DNA of 63,350 nucleotides, the filler included, from Reticulomyxa filosa (Eukaryota; Protista; Foraminifera): assembly GCA_000512085.1 (NCBI GenBank). It is 23 parts of 23 records of this genome, joined end to end, with 100 filler letters (N's around TTAATTAATTAA, not from the genome) between each part and the next. Parts side by side here need not be neighbours in the genome. Positions count along the whole stretch, not along the records: positions 50,773 to 52,634 come from ASPP01006315.1; positions 52,735 to 54,585 come from ASPP01028677.1; positions 54,686 to 56,950 come from ASPP01009560.1; positions 57,051 to 58,791 come from ASPP01025067.1; positions 58,892 to 62,148 come from ASPP01002375.1; positions 62,249 to 63,350 come from ASPP01006205.1; 17 more parts are not named here. One strand, 5' to 3'. The position numbers and the translations under genes were made by a program. Shown piece by piece: positions 50,810 through 62,961 of the stretch. Every line of letters begins with the position of its first letter. Positions within the stretch are counted from its first letter, which is position 1. A model generated the notes under the pieces. The model was given only the letters and a program-made list of their open reading frames with translations. It was not told the DNA's origin and searched no databases.

Positions 50810-51235
50810 TACATTGGCTTGTTGTTAAATGAAAAGGCTGTAGAGTCACGGATACAAAAACCAGAGAATATTGACGATCCCAAAAGCTTGTTATTAAACA
50901 AATATCGTAAACAGTTCTTGGATGTTTTGGCAGTGTGGAGGGGTCGTGGTGAGCATGTTGTATTGTTGCCAAGTGAACCAACCACTAATCGGACATTGAA
51001 TAAACATGCAACTACGTACCGCAAATTAAACATGGGACCAAACAATTGGATCTCTGGACTTTATGCTTATTTGTTCGGTGTACTTGATATGTGCAGACAA
51101 TATGGATTTGAATTTGTGGAACATTTAAACGAAATTGTTTTGAAAATGTCAGATCGTTACATTCATCGCCAATTGCCATTGCATTTGTTACATTTTCTAT
51201 TGATTGAATTAAGCCAACAACAATCAAAAAGATAG
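50810..51235 (+). CDS. Hypothetical protein, last exon
   Basis: ~140-aa open frame of globular composition after intron-like sequence. Confidence 0.5.
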   Translation, partial: YIGLLLNEKAVESRIQKPENIDDPKSLLLNKYRKQFLDVLAVWRGRGEHVVLLPSEPTTNRTLNKHATTYRKLNMGPNNWISGLYAYLFGVLDMCRQYGFEFVEHLNEIVLKMSDRYIHRQLPLHLLHFLLIELSQQQSKR

Positions 51236-52734
51236 AGAGAGGAAGTAAAGGGTGAAAAGGAGACTGATAAAGTGTTTTCATTGTCGTTTTCATTTGTGTT
51301 TTAATTTTCATTTTTCGGTCACTTTCTTGTTTTAGGCTTGCATTGCGCTCAACGGTAATTTACTTGCGCTTAAAGCCTTCTTTTTTTTGTATGTTTTGTT
51401 TGTTTCATTCTGTTCTTCATAGAGCATGCTAAGATAAACTCAGTGTGAAAAGAATACAATCAAATATATTAAAATCAAATACTTGTAAACTAAAAGGCAT
51501 AGTTCATAGGACTTTAGAAACGGAGGAACGTGCAAACTGAGTTTAACTACAACTACATCTTTGTTTTGATTGAAACAATCCTTGTAAACTAAAGTTAGAT
51601 CTTATCACAATAGTACCGTAACACAAGTGTTCGCCTTCTTTGGCAAATTTAACAAAGATAAATAAATCAAATGAAAAGATGACAAAACGGCTAAAGTCTT
51701 ACATATTAAAGTCCTTTCTCCTTACTTAAAAAAAATAGCACTCGCTTTCCAAATATATTGGATTGACTTTTATTTGTTGACAAAGTTTGCTTTAAAAATT
51801 ATTAGAATTAATCTTTTCACTAAGTGATCGAAATATTTATTCTATAAATAATCCAATTGTTTGAACAAAGTATCACAATTTGTTGACGAACCAATCTTTC
51901 GCTTGGAACACTAAGGTGAAAAAAAGGCTGTGACAGGCTTTAAAATGTTTTAAGGAAAAAATTGTCTAAAAATAAGTGATAAAGCGCTTTAACACGTTAG
52001 TTTGGAAAGTGCGTGAAACCCTTTTTGTTTTTTTGAAAATTCCTGCCATCAATCTTTTGCACGATTGATAAAAATAACGAAATGCAGCTGTTTTCAACTA
52101 AAAAAAAACAACGAAATGTTAATCAAACGTTATATGCTGTATGTGCTAAATCTTGTTTTTAAGAAACAGAAAACAACAATTTCGGAACGGACATAACAAT
52201 GAAATAAGGAGGCGGTGGATTGGGCAAAGGTGGACATATCATACGCACGAGACATTGAAATGATTGAGTCCATAACGAATCAAGAGGAGAAATCGGTGAG
52301 GACAACAACAATAAAAGCCAAAACAAGCAACGGTTGTACGTAGAAGGCAATAAAAAGTGTGAATATGTTTGGTATTGTTTTAAAAAACAAACAAACAAAC
52401 AAAAAAAGTGTGAAATTTGCGCAGTTGCATGTCGCTACGCATTTCAAGAAAAAGAAGCACTGTTCATGGATGTGATGCAAAGGTACGGTGGCAATAAAGA
52501 ATGGATTGGGGAGTGACATTAGCCTACCGAGGATTCGAGGTATGCATAGTGTCAATACAATCACCTCTACAAAAAAATTATATATGTATATGTATATATT
52601 TTTGTATTTATATTTATATAATAATGCAAAAAAANNNNNNNNNNNNNNNNNNNNNNNNNNNNNNNNNNNNNNNNNNNNTTAATTAATTAANNNNNNNNNN
52701 NNNNNNNNNNNNNNNNNNNNNNNNNNNNNNNNNN

Positions 52735-54585
52735 AACATTTACAGATAATATTTGTTCTGTCTAATCGATTACATTCATCAAAACATCCACATGCTCCAC
52801 ATTGACATTGCATTATAATCAAAAGTTTCATCACAACAAAATACTAATACAAATGTTCCTAATTGTCCACCCAATGCTTTAATAGATTTCTGTTTTACCA
52901 GTACCAGCAGGACCAAAAGGATTACCACCTAATTTAGCATGTAATGCTTCACATAAAGTTAAATATGCTTTATCTGTTAAAGGTGTTTTGTACTAATTTT
53001 TTTATAGCGCCAAAATATTCAAAACCATACAAATTTCTAACTTTCTTAATACTCTATTCCAATAAAATCTCATGCGATATAACCACATATTTTTTCTTTA
53101 ATTAATGTTCTCTTTGATAAACTAATTCTCATATAATTTTCTTATTTTCAGTGGTACATCACCTAATACACAATTAGCTAATATTTCTAATGTAATAATT
53201 TTTCCATATTATTATGATTTTCTTGATTAGGATCTTTACTTATTTTTTAAAATTACAATGTTTTACTTGTAATAACCAATCTTGATCAATAGGTTGTTTA
53301 AATATAACTTCTTCTGCTTCTCTTGATGCCATATTAAGCATTTTCTGGATGTAAACGTATTTGTGCTAAATGACAAATCTTTTGAACTACCTATTATTTC
53401 TAATAACAATACAATAAAATCTAGAAATATTCATTTAATGCTTTTTGTATAGTATGTAATGTATTTTGCTTAGCTTCTAACATTTGCAGTTATCCAATGA
53501 TCTACCACGCATTAATTGTACAAATTCACGATCAAAACCTTTACATTTTTATACATCAGCACTATTATTAAAAACACCTTGTAAATAAACCCATTCACAA
53601 ATATAGCTTGTGCGGCATTTAATTTTTCATCCCATGTATTTCAACCATTATTCTTTTTTAAATGTAATACTTTATCTACTTCATTCCAATGTTTTTGTCT
53701 TAATACACCACAACATCACAAGATAAATCACCAAATATATTTCTCTTAATATTTTACCTAATACTTTAGTATCCACATACCAATAAATTTTTGTTTACCA
53801 ATATTATCTAACTCATCTCGTCTATCAGATAATACTTTATGTACTTCTTTTAATCCTATTAATTCTTTACGTATTGTATCTAACATTCTTTTTATTTCCA
53901 TTTCTTCATCATTTTGTGCTATTTCTATTACTACACGCATAGCCTCTTTAGCATTTTTAACGTCTTTGTATACTATTTCTATATCACCAATTTCTTTCTA
54001 CATCTGCACGTGTAAATAATAATGTACGAAATGCATTAATTAATTATTCTGATATATCAAATGTACTTTTATATTAATGAAAATATTCTCATATCATTTG
54101 CTGTTGCTATCTTATGTAATAATCTACCATCTACAGCACTATTTCTTGCACCTTCTAATGCAAATCTTAATATACCTTTTTGATATTCTCTTAATCTGTC
54201 CACATTTCTGCCCACTCTTGTGTTGGTTTTTCTGTATGCCATTTTTCTTCTAATTTTTGTATATTTGTTGTTATAACACCAAATTGTTGTTCTAATTTAC
54301 CATATATACTTTATCTAATACAACTCTCGTTCTTGATGCACGTATCCATGTTAGTGGTAATATTATATATCTATTTGCTTGTAATAATTTTTCTGCTTCT
54401 TTACATTCTTCCCATAATGCTTCACAACCAGATGATTCATCTTTTAATCTTTGTAATAATGTAACTGCTTTTACAATATCTGTATTATCAAATGCAGATT
54501 GCATTTGTTTCATATCATTTAATAATTTTATCCATTTACCAATATATCAGAAGATTTTAAATCCCATAATGCTTGATATGATAAC
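52735..54585 (-). pseudogene. Cytoplasmic dynein-1 heavy chain pseudogene (linker to AAA1), heavily deleted and frameshifted
   Basis: Minus-strand peptides in the correct order: [84 protein letters not shown] (Walker A at 52914-52891), [31 protein letters not shown] (Walker B). Confidence 0.9.
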
Positions 54586-54685
54586 NNNNNNNNNNNNNNN
54601 NNNNNNNNNNNNNNNNNNNNNNNNNNNNNTTAATTAATTAANNNNNNNNNNNNNNNNNNNNNNNNNNNNNNNNNNNNNNNNNNNN

Positions 54686-56469
54686 AGGCTGTCACGCCAG
54701 AGATGGCATTAGGTTATTGTTTTTTTTTTGTTTATTCTTATAACATATAACCAAATCCGACTATTGCTTAATACACACACACACATATATATATATATAT
54801 ATGTACATATATGAATTATCCGTGTTAGGATCTCCTCAAGTGTCACAGACGAATAATCCAGGCCTGTTGGAAAAAATCAAAAGCATTGGGTTCGGAACTA
54901 CACCGGAGCCATCATCTAATGCGAAAGCAGTCAAAAATGATCGGCCATGCATGTACCCTTATGTGGGCACACCCATGTACGGTGTGAAAACGGGTATCGA
55001 AGGCATCGACACTGCATTTTCTCCCGCGACGATGGCCGCAGTTGAAGCAGTCAAATTTTTGAGAGGCAAAATGAAATTGGATCAACAAATCGCCACATTT
55101 CAAGTCCAAGGTGAAAAAGTCACTGCTCTCGCACTCCATCCTTTTGACGACCTAATTTATGCCGCTGATAACAATTGTCGTGTGTGGTAAGTATAATTCG
55201 GAAGAGTTTGTGTGTGTGTGTGTGTAGTGAGGAAATCTTTTTCTAACTCTTTATTTGTAAAACACTCTGCACACATACATAAATATATACATAAATATTT
55301 GTATTGTACTGTTGTGTTATTTGCTCAAAGGGTTTGGGATTATGCCCGTAGTTACGAAGTGAATCAAATCCCTTGCAAGAACATGTATGACCTGCACAGT
55401 GCATCAATGAAACGTCGACTGACAAGTTTGGAAATAATGAATCCTTACCACGACTCGATGCTGTTGTGCGGAATGGACGATGGCAATGTCCACATATTCC
55501 GCAATTCGCATATCAAGAATGACTATTCGCAAGTGAGTGCCTTTAGTGCGCATCCGCAGGTAAAGCAAACCCATCAAAATGGAGTCACCGGCAACTTGGT
55601 CACTCATTGGAATCAATTCAAGGGACTTCTTTTTGCTGGTGGCACCACCGACACCATTCGCGTGTGGGATTTGGCATATGAGCGACGCATTTGCAGTTTG
55701 GGCTTGGGCGCCCGTGAAAACAAGCAAGTCCATATCAATAGTTTGTGCTGCGCAATGGACGATCCCAATTATTTGGTTGCTGGATGCACGGACGGTCTGG
55801 TCAGAGCTTACGATCTGAGAAATACCACACCCAGCAAGAGCGTTACCGAATATGGGCTCCATGTTCATGGACGACGACCTGTCATCCGAGTGGCACCTCA
55901 TCGCAACTATGTTTAGTATTACATGGCCTAGCTAGCTTGCAATAGCAACAGTCACAAACTTTTTTTTTTTTTTTTTTATCCATTGTCATTCTTGTTTCTC
56001 ATTTCAAACATTTATTTTTTTCATCCAAAGATCATATCGGCTGGCCCAAGTGAAATTTGCTTATTTGATTTGCGAAAAGCTGAGTCGGCACACGAGGTCG
56101 ATCTGAAATCAGACTTAAACAACAAAATTATTACTTGCTTTGCTGCTCACACTTATGCACCTATCATTGCTGGGTATGTCAAAAAAAAAAAAAGGAGGAT
56201 TTTTGCTGTTGTATATGTTATTCTTGTTGATCGGGACCAACTTGGATGCTGTTGATTGATACAGAGGATCGACGAAGAGATTTGTGGATATCTTGTCTAC
56301 TGTGGGCAATAAAACCCAGATCATAAACGAAATTCAGTATCAGTCCACTGACGCTGGGCAAAGAATTAGCCCCGTGACAGAATTGGAGTTTCACAAGTAT
56401 AAAATGCTTTTAGCTGTAGCTGGACGCGACACAACCGTATCATTGTTCAGTTGTCTGAAAACTTCTTGA
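54686..56469 (+). CDS. RPTOR: Raptor/KOG1 (TORC1 subunit), C-terminal WD40 region, ~5 exons
   Basis: LDQQI...LHPFDDLIYAAD; LTSLEIMNPYHDSMLLCGMDDGNVHIFRN; VSAF; LVTHWNQFKGLLFAGG...IRVWD; LVAGCTDGLVRAYDLR; RISPVTELEFHKYKMLLAVAGRD follow the Raptor C-terminal pattern. Confidence 0.85.
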
Positions 56470-57050
56470 GTTGCCTACCGCTTTTTGCACACAACACCAG
56501 AGTGGGTCTTCATCTTGTTCAAATTGCCGGAAAAAGCCACTGTTATAAAATAAAAAATAAAAAAATTCCATCAATCAATGTAAATAAAGTTGGATTGCTT
56601 CTGGTCTTTCGGACAATCCTATGCAACGCTTTTGAGCGCATTTCTTAGAGAATTAAAAGAGATTAAGCTGTGACAAAAATCAATCACCTTGAATATCCTC
56701 GTCTGATTGAAGGAAATTGTGTTCGAAAGGCCTTTAATGCCACCAACAACGATCCCACTCCACTATACTTTTATTTTTCCCCCTCTTCCTAGGACATGTG
56801 TGAAATTTGTTGCAAGTTTATTTCAAGTATTGAAAATCTTCTGAAAAAAATTGTTCTAAGTCAATTTCTCGTTCTTATAGTAACTAAATTTCTGTGATCA
56901 AAAGTTTTTTAAAAAAAGAAAGAAAAGGGAGAGAGTAGAAAGAAAAAAAANNNNNNNNNNNNNNNNNNNNNNNNNNNNNNNNNNNNNNNNNNNNTTAATT
57001 AATTAANNNNNNNNNNNNNNNNNNNNNNNNNNNNNNNNNNNNNNNNNNNN

Positions 57051-57625
57051 GAAGAACAAATGACATTTTGACGATGACTATGATAATGATATGGCGAAAA
57101 CTTCACACAATACACAGTACTTGAATGTTCATTGAATGATTGAATTTGTTGACTGGTCTCTACATCCCATACACGAACAGTATTATCTTCTGATCCGGAA
57201 CAAATAAGCTGATTATCATTAAATGTCGAATAATCAATACTCCATACATGATCAGTATGTCCAATAAATGTGTTGAGTAATTTAGATGATAAACTAAATG
57301 GGTCAAACATGAAGACGGTGGTTGCCTATGTTAAATTGTGACCATCGAAATAAATATTTTCATTGTGTTAATTGTCATTTGAATGAAATATAAATGAATA
57401 AAAATAAACATAACATAATTGACAACAAGTTTGTCAAAGTCATGGATCCATCCAAATTGAACATGTGATACTCGAGTCCAATGTTGGATAATGACTTGAA
57501 TATCTTCTTCTAACTAATTTTATCACAAACAAGATATAACAAAAACTAGCTTTTTGAAAGATTGGAATGTAGTTTGCCAATGTTAATTGCGTTAAAGTGC
57601 GCTTTTTGTTACTAACAATAGTCAT
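57051..57625 (-). CDS. WD40-repeat protein, N-terminal part (paralogue of 515-1959), 3 exons, 3' end truncated
   Basis: Same exon structure with a 48-nt first exon; IQVIIQHWTRV...GWIHDFDKLVVNY; NTFIGHTDHVWSIDYS...CVKFSPYHYH. Confidence 0.88.
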
Positions 57626-58922
57626 TCTTTTAATTTCTCCTCTTTTCTCCTGATATCGCTGTTAGATAAAAAACTAGTTGAACTTTTTTATATCACTGTA
57701 TCATATTTTCTTTGTAAACTTAGAACAGTTTCATCTGTGTTGTGAATGTGATTTAAAAAATCATTTGCACTTGAGGCCCTAAACGACATGATAGACTTTC
57801 CACAAAACTTGTACTTATGTCAGAAGTTTGGTACAAGAGATAGAGACATCATAATGATCAAGTCCCAATACATTCAAATCAAATTTTAAATACCCATAAT
57901 GAACAAATAGAATATGATCCAATCATTAATTTTCTTTTTCATATATTCATTTGAATTACTCATCATTTAAAAAGAATATCTTATTTGATTTTGCTAATTG
58001 GCCGATATTAATTGAAATAAAGATCTTTTGTTGTAATGTTAATTACATAACGATTTACTTATGATTCTAAAAAATCTCTTTTTTTTGCATCATAAAGTTT
58101 TATTTTGTAATGTAACAATAAAAAGTATTGACGTGCATCATACCATAATAATGCTTTTTAATACAGACCACAAACTAAAGAAATCCATAGCGTTTTCAAT
58201 TGCTTCCTAGTTTGTGTTATCTCCTCTTCATTTAACAAATAAAAAAAGAAACATTTACTTAAGTGGTGGGAGTTTTGGGTGTGTATGTTCAGTAATAATA
58301 AAAAAGCGCAAATTTAAAGCGCTTTTTCTTAAAGTGAAAAAATTAATAATGAAACAATTGCAAAGCCAAATGATAATGACAGAATAAACGCTATTGCAAC
58401 ATGTCAATAGAGTTTGAACTGCAATAATAATAACAGCAAAAGTCAATACTTTGTCGAAAAGTGTTTTTTTTGTTTTTTTTACCATCATAAAGGAGGACAA
58501 GGTGTTAATGTTCCAAGATAAAATTTTGTATGTATTAGTTTGAAAAAAGTGATATTTGAACAATTTTGTTGATTTGAACTCTTTGTAAAGAATTATCTAT
58601 TTGCATATTTACGACAATGGAATGAACAATGATGACTTGCAATATTGTTAAGAAAAGACAAAGTAAATGTCAATTTTACGTTAACAATATTGTTTAAGTT
58701 TATTTTTTTGACCAAAGGAATGAAAAAAAACATTTGCTAGGCGAACCCTTGCCTTATCTTGGAATTTTTTTTTTATTTCCTTTTTTTTTTTNNNNNNNNN
58801 NNNNNNNNNNNNNNNNNNNNNNNNNNNNNNNNNNNTTAATTAATTAANNNNNNNNNNNNNNNNNNNNNNNNNNNNNNNNNNNNNNNNNNNNTTTTTTTTT
58901 TTTTTTGCATTTTATAATATAG

Positions 58923-59813
58923 ATGAAATATTTCAAACTAATAAAAGAATACCGTGGACATTTTGGATCAGTAACAAGTGTTTCTTTTTCTCCAGATAAT
59001 TCTAAACTTATTTCATCTTCTAGTGATGCAACAATTCGAATTTGGGACAAATCTTCTGGAAAAGAATTGAAAATATTAAAAGGACATTCAGAACACGTTT
59101 CAAAAGCTCAATTTTCACCTGATGGTAGTAAGATTATTTCATCTTCATATGATAAAACAATTCGATTATGGGATGTGCAATCCGAATTACAATTAATTAA
59201 ATTGGAAGGAAATTCAAATTGTGTGACAGCTCAATTTTCACCAGATGGTCAAAGTATTGTAGCAAATTTATGGGATAAACAAATTCGATTCTTTGATATA
59301 AATTCTGGATATGAAATACTATCTTTGGATGAAACTCCAATCACAATTATTGATATACAATTTTCACAAGATGGTAAAAAGATAGCGTCATTGTTAGATA
59401 ATCGCACAATTGGAATATGGGATGTGAAAACATGTCAAAAAATACAAACGTTGTGTTCGGATCGTTATAGAGTAAAGAAAGTACAATTTTCTCCAGATGA
59501 TCGCTTTCTTTTGGTTTGTCCAGAGTATGGACAATTTCAAATTTTGGATTTGACACTTAAGGATCAATTAATTAAATTTCATGGATATCGGAAAGTTATT
59601 GATGCAAAATATTTTCCCGGTGGACAAATTATTGTGTTGTGCTCATGGAAAACTGACATTCAATTATGGGATCTAAAATTTAAATTCGAAATACAAAAAT
59701 TAAAATTAGATAAGCATTCAAATAATGTGACTAATGTAAATATTTCATCTGATGGTAACAACATAGTTTCATCTTTTAAAGATGGAGTAATTCGACTTTG
59801 GGGATTGATATAG
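58923..59813 (+). CDS. WD40-repeat protein of a second subfamily (GH...FSPDG type), last exon
   Basis: Seven repeats of the GH.V..FSPD...ISSS.D.TIR.WD type; starts just after an intron acceptor. Confidence 0.9.
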   Translation: MKYFKLIKEYRGHFGSVTSVSFSPDNSKLISSSSDATIRIWDKSSGKELKILKGHSEHVSKAQFSPDGSKIISSSYDKTIRLWDVQSELQLIKLEGNSNCVTAQFSPDGQSIVANLWDKQIRFFDINSGYEILSLDETPITIIDIQFSQDGKKIASLLDNRTIGIWDVKTCQKIQTLCSDRYRVKKVQFSPDDRFLLVCPEYGQFQILDLTLKDQLIKFHGYRKVIDAKYFPGGQIIVLCSWKTDIQLWDLKFKFEIQKLKLDKHSNNVTNVNISSDGNNIVSSFKDGVIRLWGLI

Positions 59814-60928
59814 TGAAATTTACATAACACTAAGCGATTTTTTTAAATAAATATGTAACGCTTTTTTTTTATGATGTTTATATGCTCTATTATATTCTGC
59901 TTTTCTGTTATAAACTCTTCACAAATTGTCGTAAGTATCATCTTTTCATTTGACCAAAGGTCAAGAGGCAAATAAAGAAACAAAAAAAATTTTATTTGAT
60001 AAAAGCACTCTTATTTTTCTTCACTGATTTCTTGATGTTGAGATTTTTCATTTTCTGTTGTGGCACTTGCTTCTTATTCCTTATTGCTAAAAAAACATAT
60101 TTTTTTTAAATTTTAAGTTTCAAACACATCTTCGTAGAAAAATCAAAATAAAATTTTGAGACACTTTGTGAAAATGTATTTTTCGCAAAAATCAATTTAT
60201 TTTAAAAGATATTGATGTTTAAATAATATCGAAAGTAATATTGAAAAAATAAAATAACAATAAATTGGATTTCATGAATTTGATGACAAAATTACTCATA
60301 TATTAAAATGATCAAATTTCTATTTGAAAGAATCATGTAATTAACAAAAAAATTATACATATTTTCAAAAGATTGTAAAAAAAATGCTGATTTTTCTCCA
60401 TTTTGTTACGAATACACATAAATATAGTTATATAAATGCTATAAAAAATAATAATTCTTTTTAAATTCTTTTTAGTTACTGTAAGAAATATTGCAATTAT
60501 TATATAATAAAAGAAAGAAGAAATACTTTCAATATGACAATTTTTTTATAATAATATTAAATCAAAATTTTTTGAAGTTAAAAAAATGAATTTTTGATAG
60601 ATTTTCACTCTTTTTTTTAGCTGTTAATATGCAAGCTAATACATTTTTACATGAAATGCTCGCTAAATATCGACATTCAAATTTCTGTTATTATGGTGGA
60701 ATTATACTTGTCCAAAGTGTAAGTGTCGCAGCACTGTTATACATCTCTAATTTTGGTAAAGATCCAACTGCGATGATTTGCATTACGCTGTTGTCGATTT
60801 TTTTGGTTTAATCGTGTTAGTGATTCCATTAACAAGCTAATTATATATCTTTTTCATTTAAATATTTAATTGTTTTTTTTTTTTTAGGTAAGGACCATTT
60901 TGGTCCGTGAAAACCGGATCGTTAATTC

Positions 60929-61030
60929 TTTCAGATATCCAAACTCTTATGGCCCTTCAAACTATTCCAGCTTTTCCGACCATTCCAACTCTTCAGACCA
61001 TTCAAACTCTTCTAACTCCAACACTTATAA
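60929..61030. repeat. Imperfect ~18-nt tandem repeat (ttcagaccattcaaactc)
   Basis: 4-5 diverged units; the minus strand reads EEFEWS/EELEWS/EKLE*F. Confidence 0.6.
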
Positions 61031-61722
61031 CTACTTTTTAAAACTAAAATTTTGCAAAGTTGGATATGCATAATTACATATGCCGAGATTTTTCATTTTC
61101 CGTTGTGGTAGCACTTACTTCTTGTTCATTGTTGCTATCATTAGAATCTACATTAACTTCTTTTTTATTTTCCTTTTCATTTCCATTTTGTTTATCTTTA
61201 TTTTCATATGGAAAAACATAAATATCGCCGTATTCACTCACCTAGTCCTGTTCTTTTGGTGTTGGTCTTGATTTCATGTATTTCCAATCTTCGTTGTTCA
61301 ACCTAATTCTTTTTTGTCACTGTCATCTTCATCGATGAAAATTTTCAATTAATTTTACATTATGTCTTTTTTTTTTAGACGTCGAGTAAAAGGTTGTCTA
61401 TCAAATCAACTTTTCGAACAAAAATCAGATCAATTAAAAGTCAGAATTTGAAAAAAAAGTATGCTTATAAACTGACCAAAAAATTTCGAAATGCTATATG
61501 ATGTTCTTTCTGGAATTAACATGAATTTGAAAATTTTGTTCAGTTATTTCCTATATTAAAAAATTTAATTAAATCCTAGCGCATTGCACTAAACAGATAC
61601 AATAAATGAAACGTAACATTCTTTCTAATTTTTTGGTTTGAAGCTTTAGCGTTTGAAGCGACAGCTTTAAGTTTTTTCTTTTCTCCTTTGAATCAGGGTT
61701 TTTATGTCTTGCGAAAAAAGCT

Positions 61723-62148
61723 ATGACAGCCATAACCATTGAGAAAGAAAAAGAAATTCGCAAGAGTTGGGGCATAGGAGATCAAGTCAGTTGATATAAA
61801 AACATTGCATAACTGTAGGAAAAATTCAGTAAAGTATCTTGGTAAAAAAAAAAGCTACAAAGAAGAGGGGGGGTACTGTTTCATATAGGTGGAAGTCTAT
61901 TCCAAGTCGCGTAACAATTGGTTTCGTGCAAAGATTGTAGACGTATACTCAGATGAAGACGGGGAGTGGCTTGCAGTGGTCGTAGAGGAAACAATGATCA
62001 AAGAGGTACAGCGATTCAACCAAGACGTCCGACCAATTGCAGAAGCACCGGACAGTGACAATGACACAGACAGTAGTGAATCTCAGGTCATAATTATTTT
62101 AAAACAAAGTTGGTGTGACTTTTAGTTGTGATGGATAGATCCGAGAGA
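61723..62148 (+). CDS. Protein with an N-terminal Tudor/Agenet (SH3-fold)-like domain, first 2 exons (61723-61785, 61889-~62086)
   Basis: Spliced product MTAITIEKEKEIRKSWGIGDQ|VEVYSKSRNNWFRAKIVDVYSDEDGEWLAVV..KEVQR...VRP has a GDxVEV..W..AKI..V..RP pattern. Confidence 0.6.
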
Positions 62149-62248
62149 NNNNNNNNNNNNNNNNNNNNNNNNNNNNNNNNNNNNNNNNNNNNTTAATTAA
62201 TTAANNNNNNNNNNNNNNNNNNNNNNNNNNNNNNNNNNNNNNNNNNNN

Positions 62249-62910
62249 CCAGCGCCACTGCAGTGCTGTCCGAGGATGAGAAAGAACTGGGCGTGTGCCT
62301 GATCGATATCGGTGGTGGCACCACCGATATCGCGGTGTACGTCAACGGCGCCATCCGCCACACGGCGGTGATTCCGATTGCCGGTGACCAGATCACCAAC
62401 GATATCGCCATGGCGCTGCGCACCCCGACCAAGGAAGCCGAAGACATCAAGATTCAGCATGGTGTGGCGCTGGTGGGCATGGCCGACCCGGCGCAGATGA
62501 TCGAGGTGCCGGGCGTAGGCGAGCGCGGCCCGCGCCAGATGTCGCGTGCCACGCTGGCCGAGGTGATCGAGCCGCGCGTGGAAGAGCTGTTCCAGTTGGT
62601 GCAGCAGGAGCTGCGCCGCAGCGGTTTTGAAGAAATGTCCACTGGCATCGTGATTACCGGTGGTGCCAGCCTGATGCCGGGCATGGTGGAGCTGGCTGAA
62701 GAAGTGTTCCACCTGCCGGTGCGTATCGGCGTACCCAAGTACGTCGGCGGCCTGGCAGAGGTAGTGAAGAATCCGCGGTTCTCGACCGGGGTGGGTCTGC
62801 TGCTGTACGGCAAAGACCAGATGACGCCTGGCGTTGGCCAGAAGGTCGAGACCGCAGGCGTAGGTCAGATGTTTCAACGTATGAAGGCTTGGTTTGCCGG
62901 TAATTTCTAA
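62249..62910 (+). CDS. ftsA: Bacterial cell division protein FtsA, 3' part
   Basis: AVLSEDEKELGVCLIDIGGGTTDIAVY, IPIAGDQITNDIAMALRTP, GIVITGGA, PVRIGVP, FSTGVGLLLYG and a C-terminal amphipathic helix RMKAWFAGNF. Confidence 0.98.
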
Positions 62911-62949
62911 GGCAAGGGCGGATATTCCGACAACAGCTCATCTTTTTAC

Positions 62950-62958
62950 AGGAGAGGA
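62950..62958 (+). promoter_or_regulatory. Shine-Dalgarno-like ribosome binding site for ftsZ
   Basis: AGGAGAGGA just upstream of ATG 62962 (alternative ATG at 62971). Confidence 0.7.
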
Positions 62959-62961
62959 AAA

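Noticed and set aside
4658-54585. Apparent cluster of motor genes (Tctex-1, kinesin, dynein heavy chain)
   Set aside because: They lie on different unlinked contigs, so co-occurrence in the window is not synteny.
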